A DNA stretch of 63,795 bases, filler included, from Klebsormidium nitens (taxonomy: Eukaryota; Plantae; Klebsormidiophyceae), in assembly GCA_000708835.1 (NCBI GenBank). It is 6 parts of 6 records of this genome, joined end to end, with 100 filler letters (N's around TTAATTAATTAA, not from the genome) between each part and the next. Parts side by side here need not be neighbours in the genome. Positions count along the whole stretch, not along the records: positions 14,780 to 31,432 come from DF237983.1; positions 31,533 to 38,298 come from DF238162.1; 4 more parts are not named here. One strand, 5' to 3'. Below the pieces are notes generated by a model. That model did not search any database. It was not told where the DNA came from and saw nothing but the letters and a program-made list of their open reading frames with translations. Of this stretch, positions 24,465 to 36,300 are shown piece after piece. The position numbers and the translations under genes were made by a program. The first letter of the stretch is position 1. Each line of letters begins with the position of its first letter.

Positions 24465-27400
24465 ATGGACGCCTCAGTTCCTGCCGCAAACGGGCACCAC
24501 GAGGCAGCGATGGGCAAGCTTTCGCTGGAGAACGGTAAGTCAACTTTGCCCCTGATGGTTTCTGCTCCTCGTTGCCGTGGGTTCACATCTATATAGTCCC
24601 GCAAGGGGAAACTGGTGTTGCTGATCATGTATTGTCCATCATGTTGACGCCAAGATCTGATGAAGAAGGGCACCAGTGGTGGAGAGTGGGGGAGAGCAGA
24701 CATGCCGAACGACCAAGCTCAACTTCTTAGTCTCCGTTTTGCTAAGATTGAATTGTTCCGAAATTTGAGGTCCTTGATGTTTCCTTGCACCAGAAGTCAA
24801 GGTCAGATCCTGCAGAGGAACATCCTTCTGAATGCCACACCGTCCAGGCATGTCAACAGAGATACTGCGGGCTCTCCGACCTTCCAGTCTCAAGAAGTTT
24901 TGCCGTGAGCTTCTCTTCTAAGCATAGGGGTAGCTTCGAATCACGACCAAGTGCAAAGTCTACCGCAAATAGAGATGTAATAATGCGTTGTATCCACGTT
25001 TTATCCCAAAGTGCTCTTCAAGGAGCATGGAAGTGGTGGTGTCATCGCTCTAAGTCAAATGTGATTGGCGTAGCTTTGCCAATCAGACCCTTAACCTGCC
25101 CTACTATACCCTTAACCATCCCTTAACCCCAAATTGTGTCTCTAACCCCCTTCGTTCCAAACAGGGCATGCGACTGTGGCGTTTTCTGAGCTCAAGGAGC
25201 GTCTGAGCCCCAAGGCCCGGGTGGTAGTAGAGGGGGAGGAGGGGTTTGATCAGGCCCGTCAAATCTGGAACAGGGCGATCGACAGGCGGCCCAGGTGAGG
25301 ACATGATAAAGCCTGACCCAAACATAAAGTCTCAATGCTCGAGAGTTGCTATTTCGACCTTGTGATATTTGCGTTGTCTACAGACATTGACGCCAGCCAG
25401 TGAGGCAGGCTTGTCCTGATTTGCCACCCATCATATGGTGGTTGATGCCTTGTCAATGCAGACAATCAGCATTGTAAACAACGGTCGGGGCTTTGACTGT
25501 TGGAGCGAGCTTCGGAGGTTCTACCACTGAGTCTCTGCCTAGCAGAGCGGTTGGCCGCGGGCTCCAGATCCTGTCTCGTCGTTCCGGAGATGAAAAGCCT
25601 TTTCTTCAAGCCCCCAAGGGATCTTTGAGGCTCTTGCAATTGGCTTACTTGAAAGATTGAGCTTGACCACCAACAAGTACTCTGTATTTGAAAGAGACTT
25701 CTCGAGTGCCTTCCGAGTCTGCTCACGTGTAGATTTTGAGCTTGACCACCGGAAAGTGATGACGGCATGCGTGATTGGCCTGACCCAAACCTTTGAGCCT
25801 TGTGAGCTTTATCGAACTGACAGGCCGCAGTGCCAGCATTGATCTTAGATGTATGGCGCCCTTCCCAATGGAACCCGATGATTTGTTAACCGTCGCCGGA
25901 TTTGAAGGGCCAGAAACAACAGAGACTTCAAACCTTAGCTGTTATTTCGTTTTTCATGCCTCTGCCTGTCAAGTTGACGCCGCCCTCACATATCAGCAGG
26001 CTGGCGCTGTCAAGGCAACAGTCCCCCACTTCGTGACACCGCTTCTCAAGCTGATAGTGCTTCGCTTGCTGCGCAGGTTGGTGGTGTCAGTCACATCCGC
26101 CAAGGACATTTCAGAGTCCGCAGGTTCGCTCAGGCATGCCGCCTGAGGGTTTTAATGTAAAGAGGGGGTCTTTCGTGCGACATCGGGCCCAGATCGCTCC
26201 GTCGCCCTACATCTTGACACAATGCCTCAGGTTTATCACTGCTTCCCTCCTTGTGCAGGCTGGTGGTGTCAGTCACATCCGGCCAGGACATCGCAGAGTC
26301 CATCAAGTCTGCTCAGGAGTGCGGCCTGAAGGTGTCCATTAAGGGCGGGGGTCACTCTTGGTGCGGCACCTCAATGCGGGACGGGGCGCTTGCGCTAGAT
26401 CTGGGTGGGCTGAAGGGTCTCAAAGTTGACGCCACATCTGTGAGTATGCTCTGCACCCACTTTGCCTCTGGTGTTCTTTTGCGTTTCAAGGTTTCGGGGT
26501 TGTAAGGTTGTACCGAAGGGAGCGGTGTTGAATGCTAAGTAGGGTCACTCTTGGTGCGGCACCTCAATGCGGGACGGGGCGCTCGCGCTAGATCTGGGAA
26601 GGCTGAAAGGCCTCAAGGTCGACGCGGCTTCCGTAAGTGTACAACGGCATTAGCTTTGATTCCCGTAACTTTGTGCAGCTGGATTGATCAGGTAGTGCTC
26701 ACCGAAAATATGTGAGTTGAAGACGGGTCGCTCTGGTTGAATCTTCTTGCATCCGTCCCTCTATCTCTGATGCGGGACGGGGTGCTGAGCGCAAAACCTG
26801 GGAGTTCAAAAACCGAAACGGCTTCAGTGAGTATGCGAGTGCACCCGTTTTGCGACTGATGCTTCGGATGGCGAGAAGAGCAATTCCATATTTGTATGTT
26901 GGCAGTTGAATCGACTTTGCTTCTGGTGCTTCATATGGCGAACCAGTGGTGCCAAAAGCAGGTCCGCTATTGAACCAGCGTTGCTTCTGGTGCTTCTTAT
27001 GAAAAGACTGGTTCAGGATTACATTGAGCAGATTGTCGTGGTTTCTGAAGGTGGACTGCTCGCCGAACTGGGCAAATATTCTGACGTCCTTGCCGTGACA
27101 GTCGTGAATGCGATTCGTCTCCTGTGTCCCTGTCCGTCAAAGCAGGATGCTATCATCCTGCTGACGTCACCACACAGCGAGCGTAATATCACAAACCTCC
27201 ACACTTGTACAAATAAAAGTAAAACCTGCCCCGCTCTTTCTGCCCACATGATTGGCGTAAATGCCTGGGTCGACGCCAGGGTTTGCAGTCCAGATTCCAG
27301 AACCGCACGACGCCGTCATCACGCAAAATGTCATTACCGAATAGTTAGAAAATCAGAGAATTTTAGACCTGATCTTTCCCCGCTCTTCTGTCCAGAAAAC

Positions 27401-30400
27401 CGCGTGGGTTGACGCCGGGGTTTGCAGTCAAGAGCTGCACGACGCCATCATTCCGCTGGGCCTCGCGTTCCCCTTCCCCCACTGCCCCTGCGTCCCCGTC
27501 AGCGGCTTCACTGTTGCGGGGGGGCTCGGCATGAACGCACGGTAAGCCTCGCTGTGCCCCCCATTTCAGGTTTTCTCAGAAAATAATGGGCGTGAGTAAG
27601 CTGCCTACAGGGCTGCCGTGTCTTTGCCTGATGGCCTTTGCAAAGTAAGTCAAGGGTGAACTTCGGGCTTTGCGCTTGTTCCGAAACGTTCCACAAAATT
27701 CGACAGAGTATGACATGAATACGGATGCGACGACACTAGCGCATCTTTCTAAGCGCCTGGACGGCCTACGTCATGGGGGTACGAGTCCGGTATGCTGGTT
27801 AGCGAACCCTGGATGTGGACGAAAGGAGTAGCGGTTCTGGCTCCGTTTCAACTACCAGAAACGCAGCATGTGCTGCTGCAAGCTTCTAAACATACTCATA
27901 TTTCCAAATTTTGAGATAGCCGGACACCTGAAAACCGAACACTCTATCCTGAATCAGTTACAAACTTGTTCAAAACAAGCTGGATGGATGAAACGGTCGC
28001 TCTGGCGGGAAACACAAACCAAAATCCTCAACCTAGACGTCTACGTCCTCCGCACCCGGACCCGTTCTAAACCCTCAAGATAACCTCATCGGTCCACAGG
28101 TTTGACGATAGTAATCAAAGGGCTTACCATCTATAGAATCGGGTCTTCTGCTTTTTGCCAGGGCCTGGGGCTTTGGCGTCGTGAACGTTTTGGCCGCGGA
28201 GGTCGTCCTTGCGGACGGGAGCATCATCCAGGTAGGAAACGCTCGCGCCTTTGATGCTGACGTCAACATAAGCCGTGCGTGAGCATTTTGACGGCAGAGT
28301 TAAGAGATTGTGTTGGGGTCGTAAGCGGACTTCTGAAAGAAGACTGTAGGTTGTAAGCGATCTCGCTTTGTGTCGTTCTTCAGACCTTGAGTAAAACCCT
28401 CAATGAACCTCTTTCTATGAATCCACACTCACCCTCAACCGAATCGTCTCTTTTCTCCAGGCATCCCCGGAAGAGAACGACGAGATCTTCTGGGCTCTGC
28501 GCGGCGCGGGCGCGGGGTCCTTCTTCGTCGTCACCAAGTTCAAGTTCCGCCTCTTCGACGACTGCGCAATCGTCTCGTGCAGCACACTGTACCCCATCGA
28601 CAAAACCGCTGAAGTTGGAGAACATTGGCTGAGCGCGATGCAGGCCGGCCCTCCAAACGTCGAGCAGCGAATGGTCTTCATGACAGGTTAGCTTTCTTAA
28701 CCACTTTTGGTTTCTTCTTTCCTCTCGTCTGACCTAGACAAGTAACAAAACGGCTAAAGTATTTGCTGAGGGCGATGCAGGCCGGCCCTCCAAGAGATGA
28801 GTACGGATAGTCGTCATGATAGACCGTCAGCTTTTTGTTGCTTTTCTTTCTGTTTGCTTGTAACGTTCCTCTCTATCGTGGACGAACAAAACCGTTGAGT
28901 TCGAGAAGCGTTGGCCTGGAGCGATGGAGGAGGTCAGCATTTCTTCGGACTCTTCTTGAAACCGAGCGTGAGGAGGGACCGACAAAATGCAGCTGCCGTT
29001 GTTCGTTACGGGCCAAGGCAAACTGCTTCCGTCTACAGTCGTAGGATCTGGGTCAGATCGCATTTGTGTGCTTCATTACAAGCAGCAAGCTGCTTCGAAT
29101 TCAACACTTCTAAGACTCCTTTTGTCTATTTTCAGTTTGCACGTTGCTGGAAAGGAGAGGCGAGCGAAGTTTGCAATGACGCAGAACAAAGAGGCTTTCA
29201 CATATCTTCTCATTTAGAAGTCGTGCCACTTACAGCGCCCATTTCAGAATGCGTGTCAGAGCATTCGAACCAATTTTGACGTCTTGGACTCCACAAGCGC
29301 TTTCAGTTCTGAGCGAATACCACGTCCTCCTGGCGCTAACAACCTGCCACGTGGCACGCAGGCGAGGAAGGCATCCCCCTCGTCGAGATGTACTGCACCG
29401 CATACGCCGACACAGAAGCCGCCGCGCGCGCCCTCCTCGAGCCCTACCTCAGCTGCCAGGTGGCGCCCCACAAGGCGCCCCATGTGTACAAGGACACGTG
29501 GCAGAACATGTATGACGTCATGATCGCGGAGCTGCCGGACGAGCACCACTTTGCGGTGGACAACGCGGTCGTATCGTGGGACTCGGTAACGGATCTGCTG
29601 GGACCGTTAGCGGAGCTTTACCGCCAAACGCCGAACCCGAAGAACATGATCATTACAGCGGGGATCGGGTATGCGGGCGCGCCTATCGACGCCGCGTTCA
29701 AGACGCCGCCGTATCGGAGCAGCTACGTCGGCTTCTACTCACTGTGGAAACCGAACGGTGAGTTGGACATTTCCCTTATGCGAACCCTCGTTTCTCATCG
29801 GACACTTTATATAATTTGAGAAGGCCGGACACTCAACGACTTGACGCTTGCCATCAATTTGTCTTTACTCATCGACAAACAACTTTTTCCTTATGCCTCG
29901 TAACTACCTTTATTCGGCCATCATTCCACTCAGAATGTTTTATTCACTTGTGTCTTGTGTGTTTACTGCGTGACGAGAAGCGCAGGGCCTCTCTCTTGCT
30001 TCGTGTTCCCGTAAGGTCCTGGGATACGCTCTTTGAAACTGCTTTGGATCCAATTAAGCAGTCACGAAACCTAGTAGTTTCCCAGACCCCTTCTTTGACG
30101 TTGATAGGGTCGATGATTTGGACCCTGATCTGGTTGATTTGGTTATCAAGCTGATAACCGACTGATCCTTTTGAGGGCTCGCGAGTCCGAGCCATCCCGG
30201 AGACTTTCGAGCGTTGGAACGGTTCGCATTTGGCAATCCCAGGGAGCACTTCTCTCGTGCCTCTATCCGCTCCAGGAACGGGACAAATACAGCTTGTTAG
30301 TTTCCCCGGATATCGCCGGAATGTGAAATGTCAAGCGACAAGATGAGAAGCTTGACTGGAAAAGATAAGTGTCGCAGGGGTTTTCACAAAACGACAAATC

Positions 30401-30705
30401 TGCTCTGATCATTTTCTAATACGCTCGAAAATCGTATTGCTGCTTTTGCAGATGAGAGGTACGTCTTCCCCGGAGCTCCGACTTCTGCACTCGAGGGCGC
30501 GAGCATGGCGGAGGCTAACCAGGCGTGGGTTAGCAAGGGAACCGCCCTCGTTAAGGACGTCAAAATAGGGCACTCCCTCACGGAGGTTGACCTCCGGGCG
30601 AAAGGAAAAGCAGAGGCGTGTTACACCAAGGCCAACTGGAGAATGCTCCAGGATTTGCAAAAGAAGTATGATCCCAACGAGCTGTTCTTCCGGTACTACC
30701 TGTGA
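24465..30705 (+). CDS. FAD-linked oxidoreductase, berberine bridge enzyme-like (FAD_binding_4 + BBE domain)
   Basis: Exons 24465-24534, 25165-25294, 26259-26439, 27396-27541, 28162-28231, 28461-28686, 29362-29757, 30452-30705. Motifs QIWNRAIDRRP, IKGGGHS (FAD-attachment His), HCPCVPVSGFTVAGGLG (Cys at the second covalent-FAD position), IFWALRGAGAGSFFVVT and YTKANWRMLQDLQKKYDPNELF. Confidence 0.92.
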
Positions 30706-31432
30706 GGAGCCACGAATTCCGGCCAGTTCGAGCGACGGAGGTGCATCTATGACTATACTAACGGGAGAATGATTCTTGTGTTGCAAAGAGTTTTGAGAAC
30801 AATATTAACGAGTCGTCGATTTAACCATTTTTTATAAAGGTGGCATGTACGGATATGGCGTCTGGAGTGCTGTTCCTGCCAGGAGGACGAGCGCAAAGAA
30901 CGCTTATTCGTTATTCGTGTTGTTAATCAGACATCCCCTGTGATAGTTTTGACCGTCGCAATGATCTTAGGTTTGGGAACAAGCGAAGCCGTTCAATTTT
31001 ACTTGCCGTCAGCATAATAAGTCCACCGTTGAAAGCTGACACTAACATTGCCTCAAGCTCATCACTAGTTCAAGGAAAGCTCACATGCAAATTCTTTCAT
31101 ACCTTGTCTGGTCAGAGTACAACCAGTGACATATATCTAGTAGCCTTTGCAGAACCCAATCTAATTTGTCGATCCTCAGCAATCAATACTTCTATGAATC
31201 ATCAAACAATCTAACCATACATGCATGGAAGAGGGCACTTCTTGTACACACACCAAAATAGCCACTGCGCGCGCAATGTTGTGGGCAATCCAAGCCTCAA
31301 TTGTGGGCAACATTGTAGCAGCAGGTGAGCTTACCCGGCCTTTCAAGTTTACTAACATGCCGAACACTAAAAAGCCCGGTGGCGCGCGGCCGCCGGCATG
31401 CGCTCCAACGTACCGCGGCCGGGCCGGCCTGC

Positions 31433-31532
31433 NNNNNNNNNNNNNNNNNNNNNNNNNNNNNNNNNNNNNNNNNNNNTTAATTAATTAANNNNNNNNNNNN
31501 NNNNNNNNNNNNNNNNNNNNNNNNNNNNNNNN
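31433..31532. other. Assembly gap with TTAATTAATTAA linker
   Basis: 100-nt N run with linker at 31477-31488. Confidence 0.98.
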
Positions 31533-31631
31533 AAGATGGCTACTCCATTTTGCGCGCAAAATACACTGGCTTTGGATACTGTGACTGGAGGTGTACAGAA
31601 TTGCAAAATGGGCTCTTTTGGCGCATTCCCG

Positions 31632-32183
31632 TTATCTGGGCGACGTGTTTTCAGAGGCTTCGTGAGCCACTCGAGCCTTTGACGGGTTTGCCAACATTTC
31701 AAGCCCCAGAAGCGGCTCGCTGTCGTCCCAAATGATACTTGGGGCACGACAAGAATAGGATGGGGAGATCGCTCTTGGTGTTGCGCAAATCTTGGGAGAT
31801 GACGCCTCCGTATCATGCTCGTTTGTATGTGCCGTTCTAACTCGCAACTTCCGTGCACGGCGTCGTGCTTGAGTTGCGCGATTCAAGGCGCTTCGCCAAC
31901 TCACTTTCACGCCGTACGGCCCGTTCAACCCCGTCTTGTCCCAGAAGGCATCAAAACCCTCGGCAACCAATGATCGCACGAGCGCTCTGGTTATGTGGCC
32001 CGGATCATGCGGTTCGGTAAGCGTTCGCATGCCGTCGAGAGCCGCAGCATCAAGAACGGTTTCAAGCAATCCAAACTGTTGATAGCTTCTTACAATAGCT
32101 GACCGAGCGCTCTGTAGCACAGAGCGATCCATCTCAAGGATTGCGGAGCGCGATCGGGGGCGATACCCAAGAATATTATCCAT
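31632..32183 (-). CDS. Hypothetical protein (183 aa)
   Basis: Intronless ATG ORF directly downstream of and co-oriented with HIRAN. The N-terminal half reads as a globular protein. No family recognised. Confidence 0.45.
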   Translation of the reverse strand: MDNILGYRPRSRSAILEMDRSVLQSARSAIVRSYQQFGLLETVLDAAALDGMRTLTEPHDPGHITRALVRSLVAEGFDAFWDKTGLNGPYGVKVSWRSALNRATQARRRARKLRVRTAHTNEHDTEASSPKICATPRAISPSYSCRAPSIIWDDSEPLLGLEMLANPSKARVAHEASENTSPR

Positions 32184-32325
32184 GGATGCGACTATTGGTT
32201 ACGGTGCACAAAAAAAAAACTCAAAGTACCAATACTTTTTCTGGGTGCCTTGATTCTTCATATAACAGCTCTCGTACGGCTTTGAAAGCTTGAACCTCTG
32301 CTCGAGACGCTCATTAAATAACCTC

Positions 32326-32769
32326 TCACGTGCCACTTTCAAGTCGCCGTCCGATCACAATTTGGCAAACCCTGTCATCAAAGACAGGATCAACATGAGG
32401 CATGCTGTTGCTTGTACGAAAGGCCGCGACAGAGGAGATTGCGCAGTCCGCAATCGCAACCATAAATCCCCACAACCCATGTCGGCCTCTGCCTTGATTG
32501 ATGCGATGCACCCGTGCCGGCATCTCCGACCTCTGGCGGACCATCTCGAACACTCTATGATCCTTGATGTCGCGCGCAATGAACCCCAAAGGATTCTCGC
32601 GATCCGCCGGGTCAAATATTCCAATAGCATATACGTCATACCCGTTCCCCGAATGCTTGCGAAGCACGAGCTCTTGTCCGGGTCGAAGCTTGCGAATGCG
32701 TTTCTGACGGCCGTCGAAGCTGACCCCGACGGCTCGGAATAGCATACGTCCACCCGGAAGCTCCTCCAT
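32326..32769 (-). CDS. Stand-alone HIRAN-domain protein (147 aa)
   Basis: FRAVGVSFDGRQKRIRKLRPGQELVLRKHSGNGYDVYAIGIF...LGFIAR fits the HIRAN pattern (vaGv.f..rq...L..g..l.L.r...N.yD..Ai.v...lGyvp). Confidence 0.85.
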   Translation of the reverse strand: MEELPGGRMLFRAVGVSFDGRQKRIRKLRPGQELVLRKHSGNGYDVYAIGIFDPADRENPLGFIARDIKDHRVFEMVRQRSEMPARVHRINQGRGRHGLWGFMVAIADCAISSVAAFRTSNSMPHVDPVFDDRVCQIVIGRRLESGT

Positions 32770-33303
32770 TAGAGGGATAGTCTGCTTCGTTCAACTGAGC
32801 TTATTTCTTAAGCATATGTACGATGCAAAACCCGCAAGTTTTAAAAGACGGATGTTCGAGACGTCGGGTGTCATGATATTACGCTCAAAGTACACCATTG
32901 TATAACACAAGCAAGTCCATACAGAATGCCGCGTATCATTGTCATCGAAAGGCGTGCTCGAATTCAATCATTCCGACGGCCATGCTTTGACATGTTTCGA
33001 ATGGCCACAATCGAAGTAAATGGTATAAATCTAAAATCGTAATCTACACTTTTCTTGGTGGACCACACCTTGCATACGGCTTTACCTGGCATATATGAAG
33101 GTTCCTTACAATCATCAACAAGGTGTGGTCAAACTTGAGTAGCCACTTGCTTTGCAAATCAAATATAAAAGCATAGTCCTAACCGGAAACCCTCATCGTC
33201 ACAATATGGCGCAGTGAGAAGCCCTCATCTGATTGTCAATAACTCACTCTGTGACGCGAATTCAAATACCTGCACTCAATCCTACCTTGAATCATCCCTT
33301 GAA

Positions 33304-36300
33304 TCAAGAAGCCCGAACTACAATCTGACACTCTTCATTCTGGGTCACCATCGCCAACCACCTAAAGGGAACCCCGTCAACGTACTCTCTCAATGCTGCG
33401 GGAATGATTCGCGACTTCAGAGCAAGTGAATCCTTGAATCGCAACTTCAACAGCTGGGCCATGAGATCTACCCCCACCGGCCCATCGACTGGCCGAGTCC
33501 GTGTCTTCGGCTTCCGCTGCAGCTTCCACCCCCCATAAACACGGGGTCCCCTCCGCCCCTCCGCGGTCCGCGGCGATCGGCCAGTCTGCACGGCCTCGAG
33601 CTGCAACCCAAGCTCCGAGAAAACGTGGTTCAAGGCAATCGTGGCCGACTTTTGCTTCGCCAGGACATCCTCGCCTGGGAGCGCACGTGCAGAGAACAGC
33701 TTCACGGTCTCAGAGTAATCTCGGAAGTAGCTGGTGGCCGCCAGCTCCTCTCTCAATTCTGCAAGGGTCCTGGTGACGTGCTCGTGGGCGAGGGGGTGCG
33801 GAAAGCCCAGTACCTCCAGCAGTTCCTTCGCGATGTCTTTCTTTTGACGCCCGTAGCTGTGCCGCCCAACCTCCTCGCTATCGAATTCGTATTGAGGATC
33901 GACGACCTGCAGGATGAACTCGACCGCGAGGTTCGGATAAGGGCCGAACGTCTTGAGGAAGTCGGCGGCCAACTGCCGAACACGGTAGAAACCGTGCCAG
34001 CTGAAACTTCTCCAGCTGCACCCTCTCCCCCGGGGAGTCCTCGTTCCTACGGACCCGAGCCTCAATGGCGGCGAACTGACCAGGCGTGATGTCAGGGGCG
34101 GCGATCATTTGCTCGAGCAGAAACTTGCCCCGGCTCTGATCCCCTCCGCCCGGCTGCCCCCCCTCGGCCGGGTCCAGGACCCGCACGCCCCTCACGATGT
34201 GGCCATCACTCTCTAACAGCTCTGTGAACTCCTCGTAGAAGTGCGTCCGGCCTATTAAAGAGCTCCGTCTCGTTGTGCGCAAGAAGGCGCGTGATTGCGC
34301 CCTCGCAATAGACCCCTCCCCCAACCTTCTCATCCCGGTTGAGGAACCACTGGTACGTTTCCTCGACTCCAAGCCTCGGGATCCGTCCAGCATTCTTCCC
34401 CATCACAGTCCTGTACCCGCTTCCCTCTGGCCCCGTCGTCGGCAGCTTGATGCCCTTCCTGACAAAGCACAGGACCACGGGGTCGACCAGCTGCCGGACC
34501 CGCCCCTTCATCTGGTCAAGCCCGCGCGGGTGCGTGCTCTTCTTGCAGATGTAAAGGAACATCTTGTGGAACCATGACCGATTGAAGTCCACCCCTGCCT
34601 CCACCGTGGGACTAATGATGACGAGCCGCTTTGCCCAGCTCTCGTTCACATTCCCGAGGCCCCGCTTTACCTCCCCATCAGAGTGCCGCGTGATGACGAG
34701 AATCTGCCCCTCGTCTACGAGCCCCCGCTCTGCCACCGCACTTCCCAAACTCCACGCCCTGTCTGACGACATGCTGGCCACAAACACGTTTTGGCCGGCC
34801 TCCAGCGCCTCAAAGATCGCGCTCTCCCACAGCTGGAGCCCTGCCCGCCCCTCAAGGAACTCGAACTGGAGAGGCCGCTCTCGGCACGTGCTTGTTGATG
34901 ATCACGGGAGAACAGCGGATCCCGTGCAGCGTCAGGAAGTCGAAGGTCCGCTGCCCCAGGTGTCCGTCCAGGCAGATGAGCCAGCGCGCGCGGCGAAGCA
35001 GCTCGGCGATCAGCCGGATGATGACGGTTCTCACCGACAGGGTGTCGGCTGAGAGGTGCGCGAGAATGGACTCGCTCTCGTCGAGAATGACCAGGTCGAA
35101 GGCCGGAACGCGACTGTCGTCGCCCACGAGCCCACGCAGGCTGTCCACCTGGCAGATGACGCGCGGATAGAGCTCCCTATCGGCGAGAGGCTCGATGAAG
35201 CGCTCCCCGACCTCGCGCCCCCGTTTCGTTTTCAATTCGCCGTAGTGCGCGAAATCAGGGTTCTTTCCAGCTGCATCGCTGGCTTGTGTCTGTCGGTAGG
35301 TGATCGCAAGGGCCGTCTCTGGTCGGGGGGGCTCTTGAAGGATGGCCCGGGTGGTCGTCGACTTTGCGGTGTCCATGGGGCTCCTGATCAGGGCCGCCTT
35401 GTAACGGCCAGCCTGCCACCTGCAAGGAGGAGGGGGTACAACATGAGCCAACCAGAGAATCGACCTTCATCTCCAAGAAACTATACACTTATCACGGCCG
35501 CAGATGAGAGTTTGCCTAGTGATTGGCTGGTCCACACCTTGCAATAAGCCGAGAGAGGAACAAGAAGGGGATTTCCTAATAACAATTGGCAAGGTGTGGG
35601 CCAGCGCACTGAAACTGCCTGCCACATCCTTCTCCATGGCCCAAATGGCCGGCCTGGCTTATAACGGACTGGCCCACACCTTGCATATGGCTCTTTTGAC
35701 GAAACAGCAGGCTTCTTAAAAGATCATTGACGGGGTGTGGTCCAGAGCTGAAAGTGCCCACCATTTGCTTAATTAAAAAATGGCAGACATGGCCGGCCTG
35801 ACTTATAAATGGCTGGTCCACACCTTGCAAACGGTTCGGAGAGGAAAAGAGTGGGTAACCTAGTAACAATCGGCAAGGTGTGGGCCAACAAACTCATGGT
35901 TGGACGGCTGGATTCTGTCCAAGCTGCGGCCGTCGCAAATCGATTTCAAGCTCATGCACAAAGCCCTGAAACTCACTTGTTGAGCACGTCATTCAAGACG
36001 ACCATGTCCGTCAGGTCCCGGACCCCGCCGCGAATCAGCTGCAGGTCCATGGGCGCCGCGGCCAGCGGCTTGCGCTCCAGGTACCGCATGTTTACCTCAA
36101 CCGCCCCGTCCTTCCAAGTCTCGACGTCCGCGTAGAACGGGCCCAGGTACCGCGCCGGCAGGTTCTTGCAGCACAAGCCCGTCCCCGCATCCAGGCGCCC
36201 GCTATCACACTTGGCAAAGACAGCAATACGCTTGGAATCGGCGATGACGAGGATGTCCCGCGAGCCCTCGTGGATGTTGCCCGAATAGCACGGCTCATTC

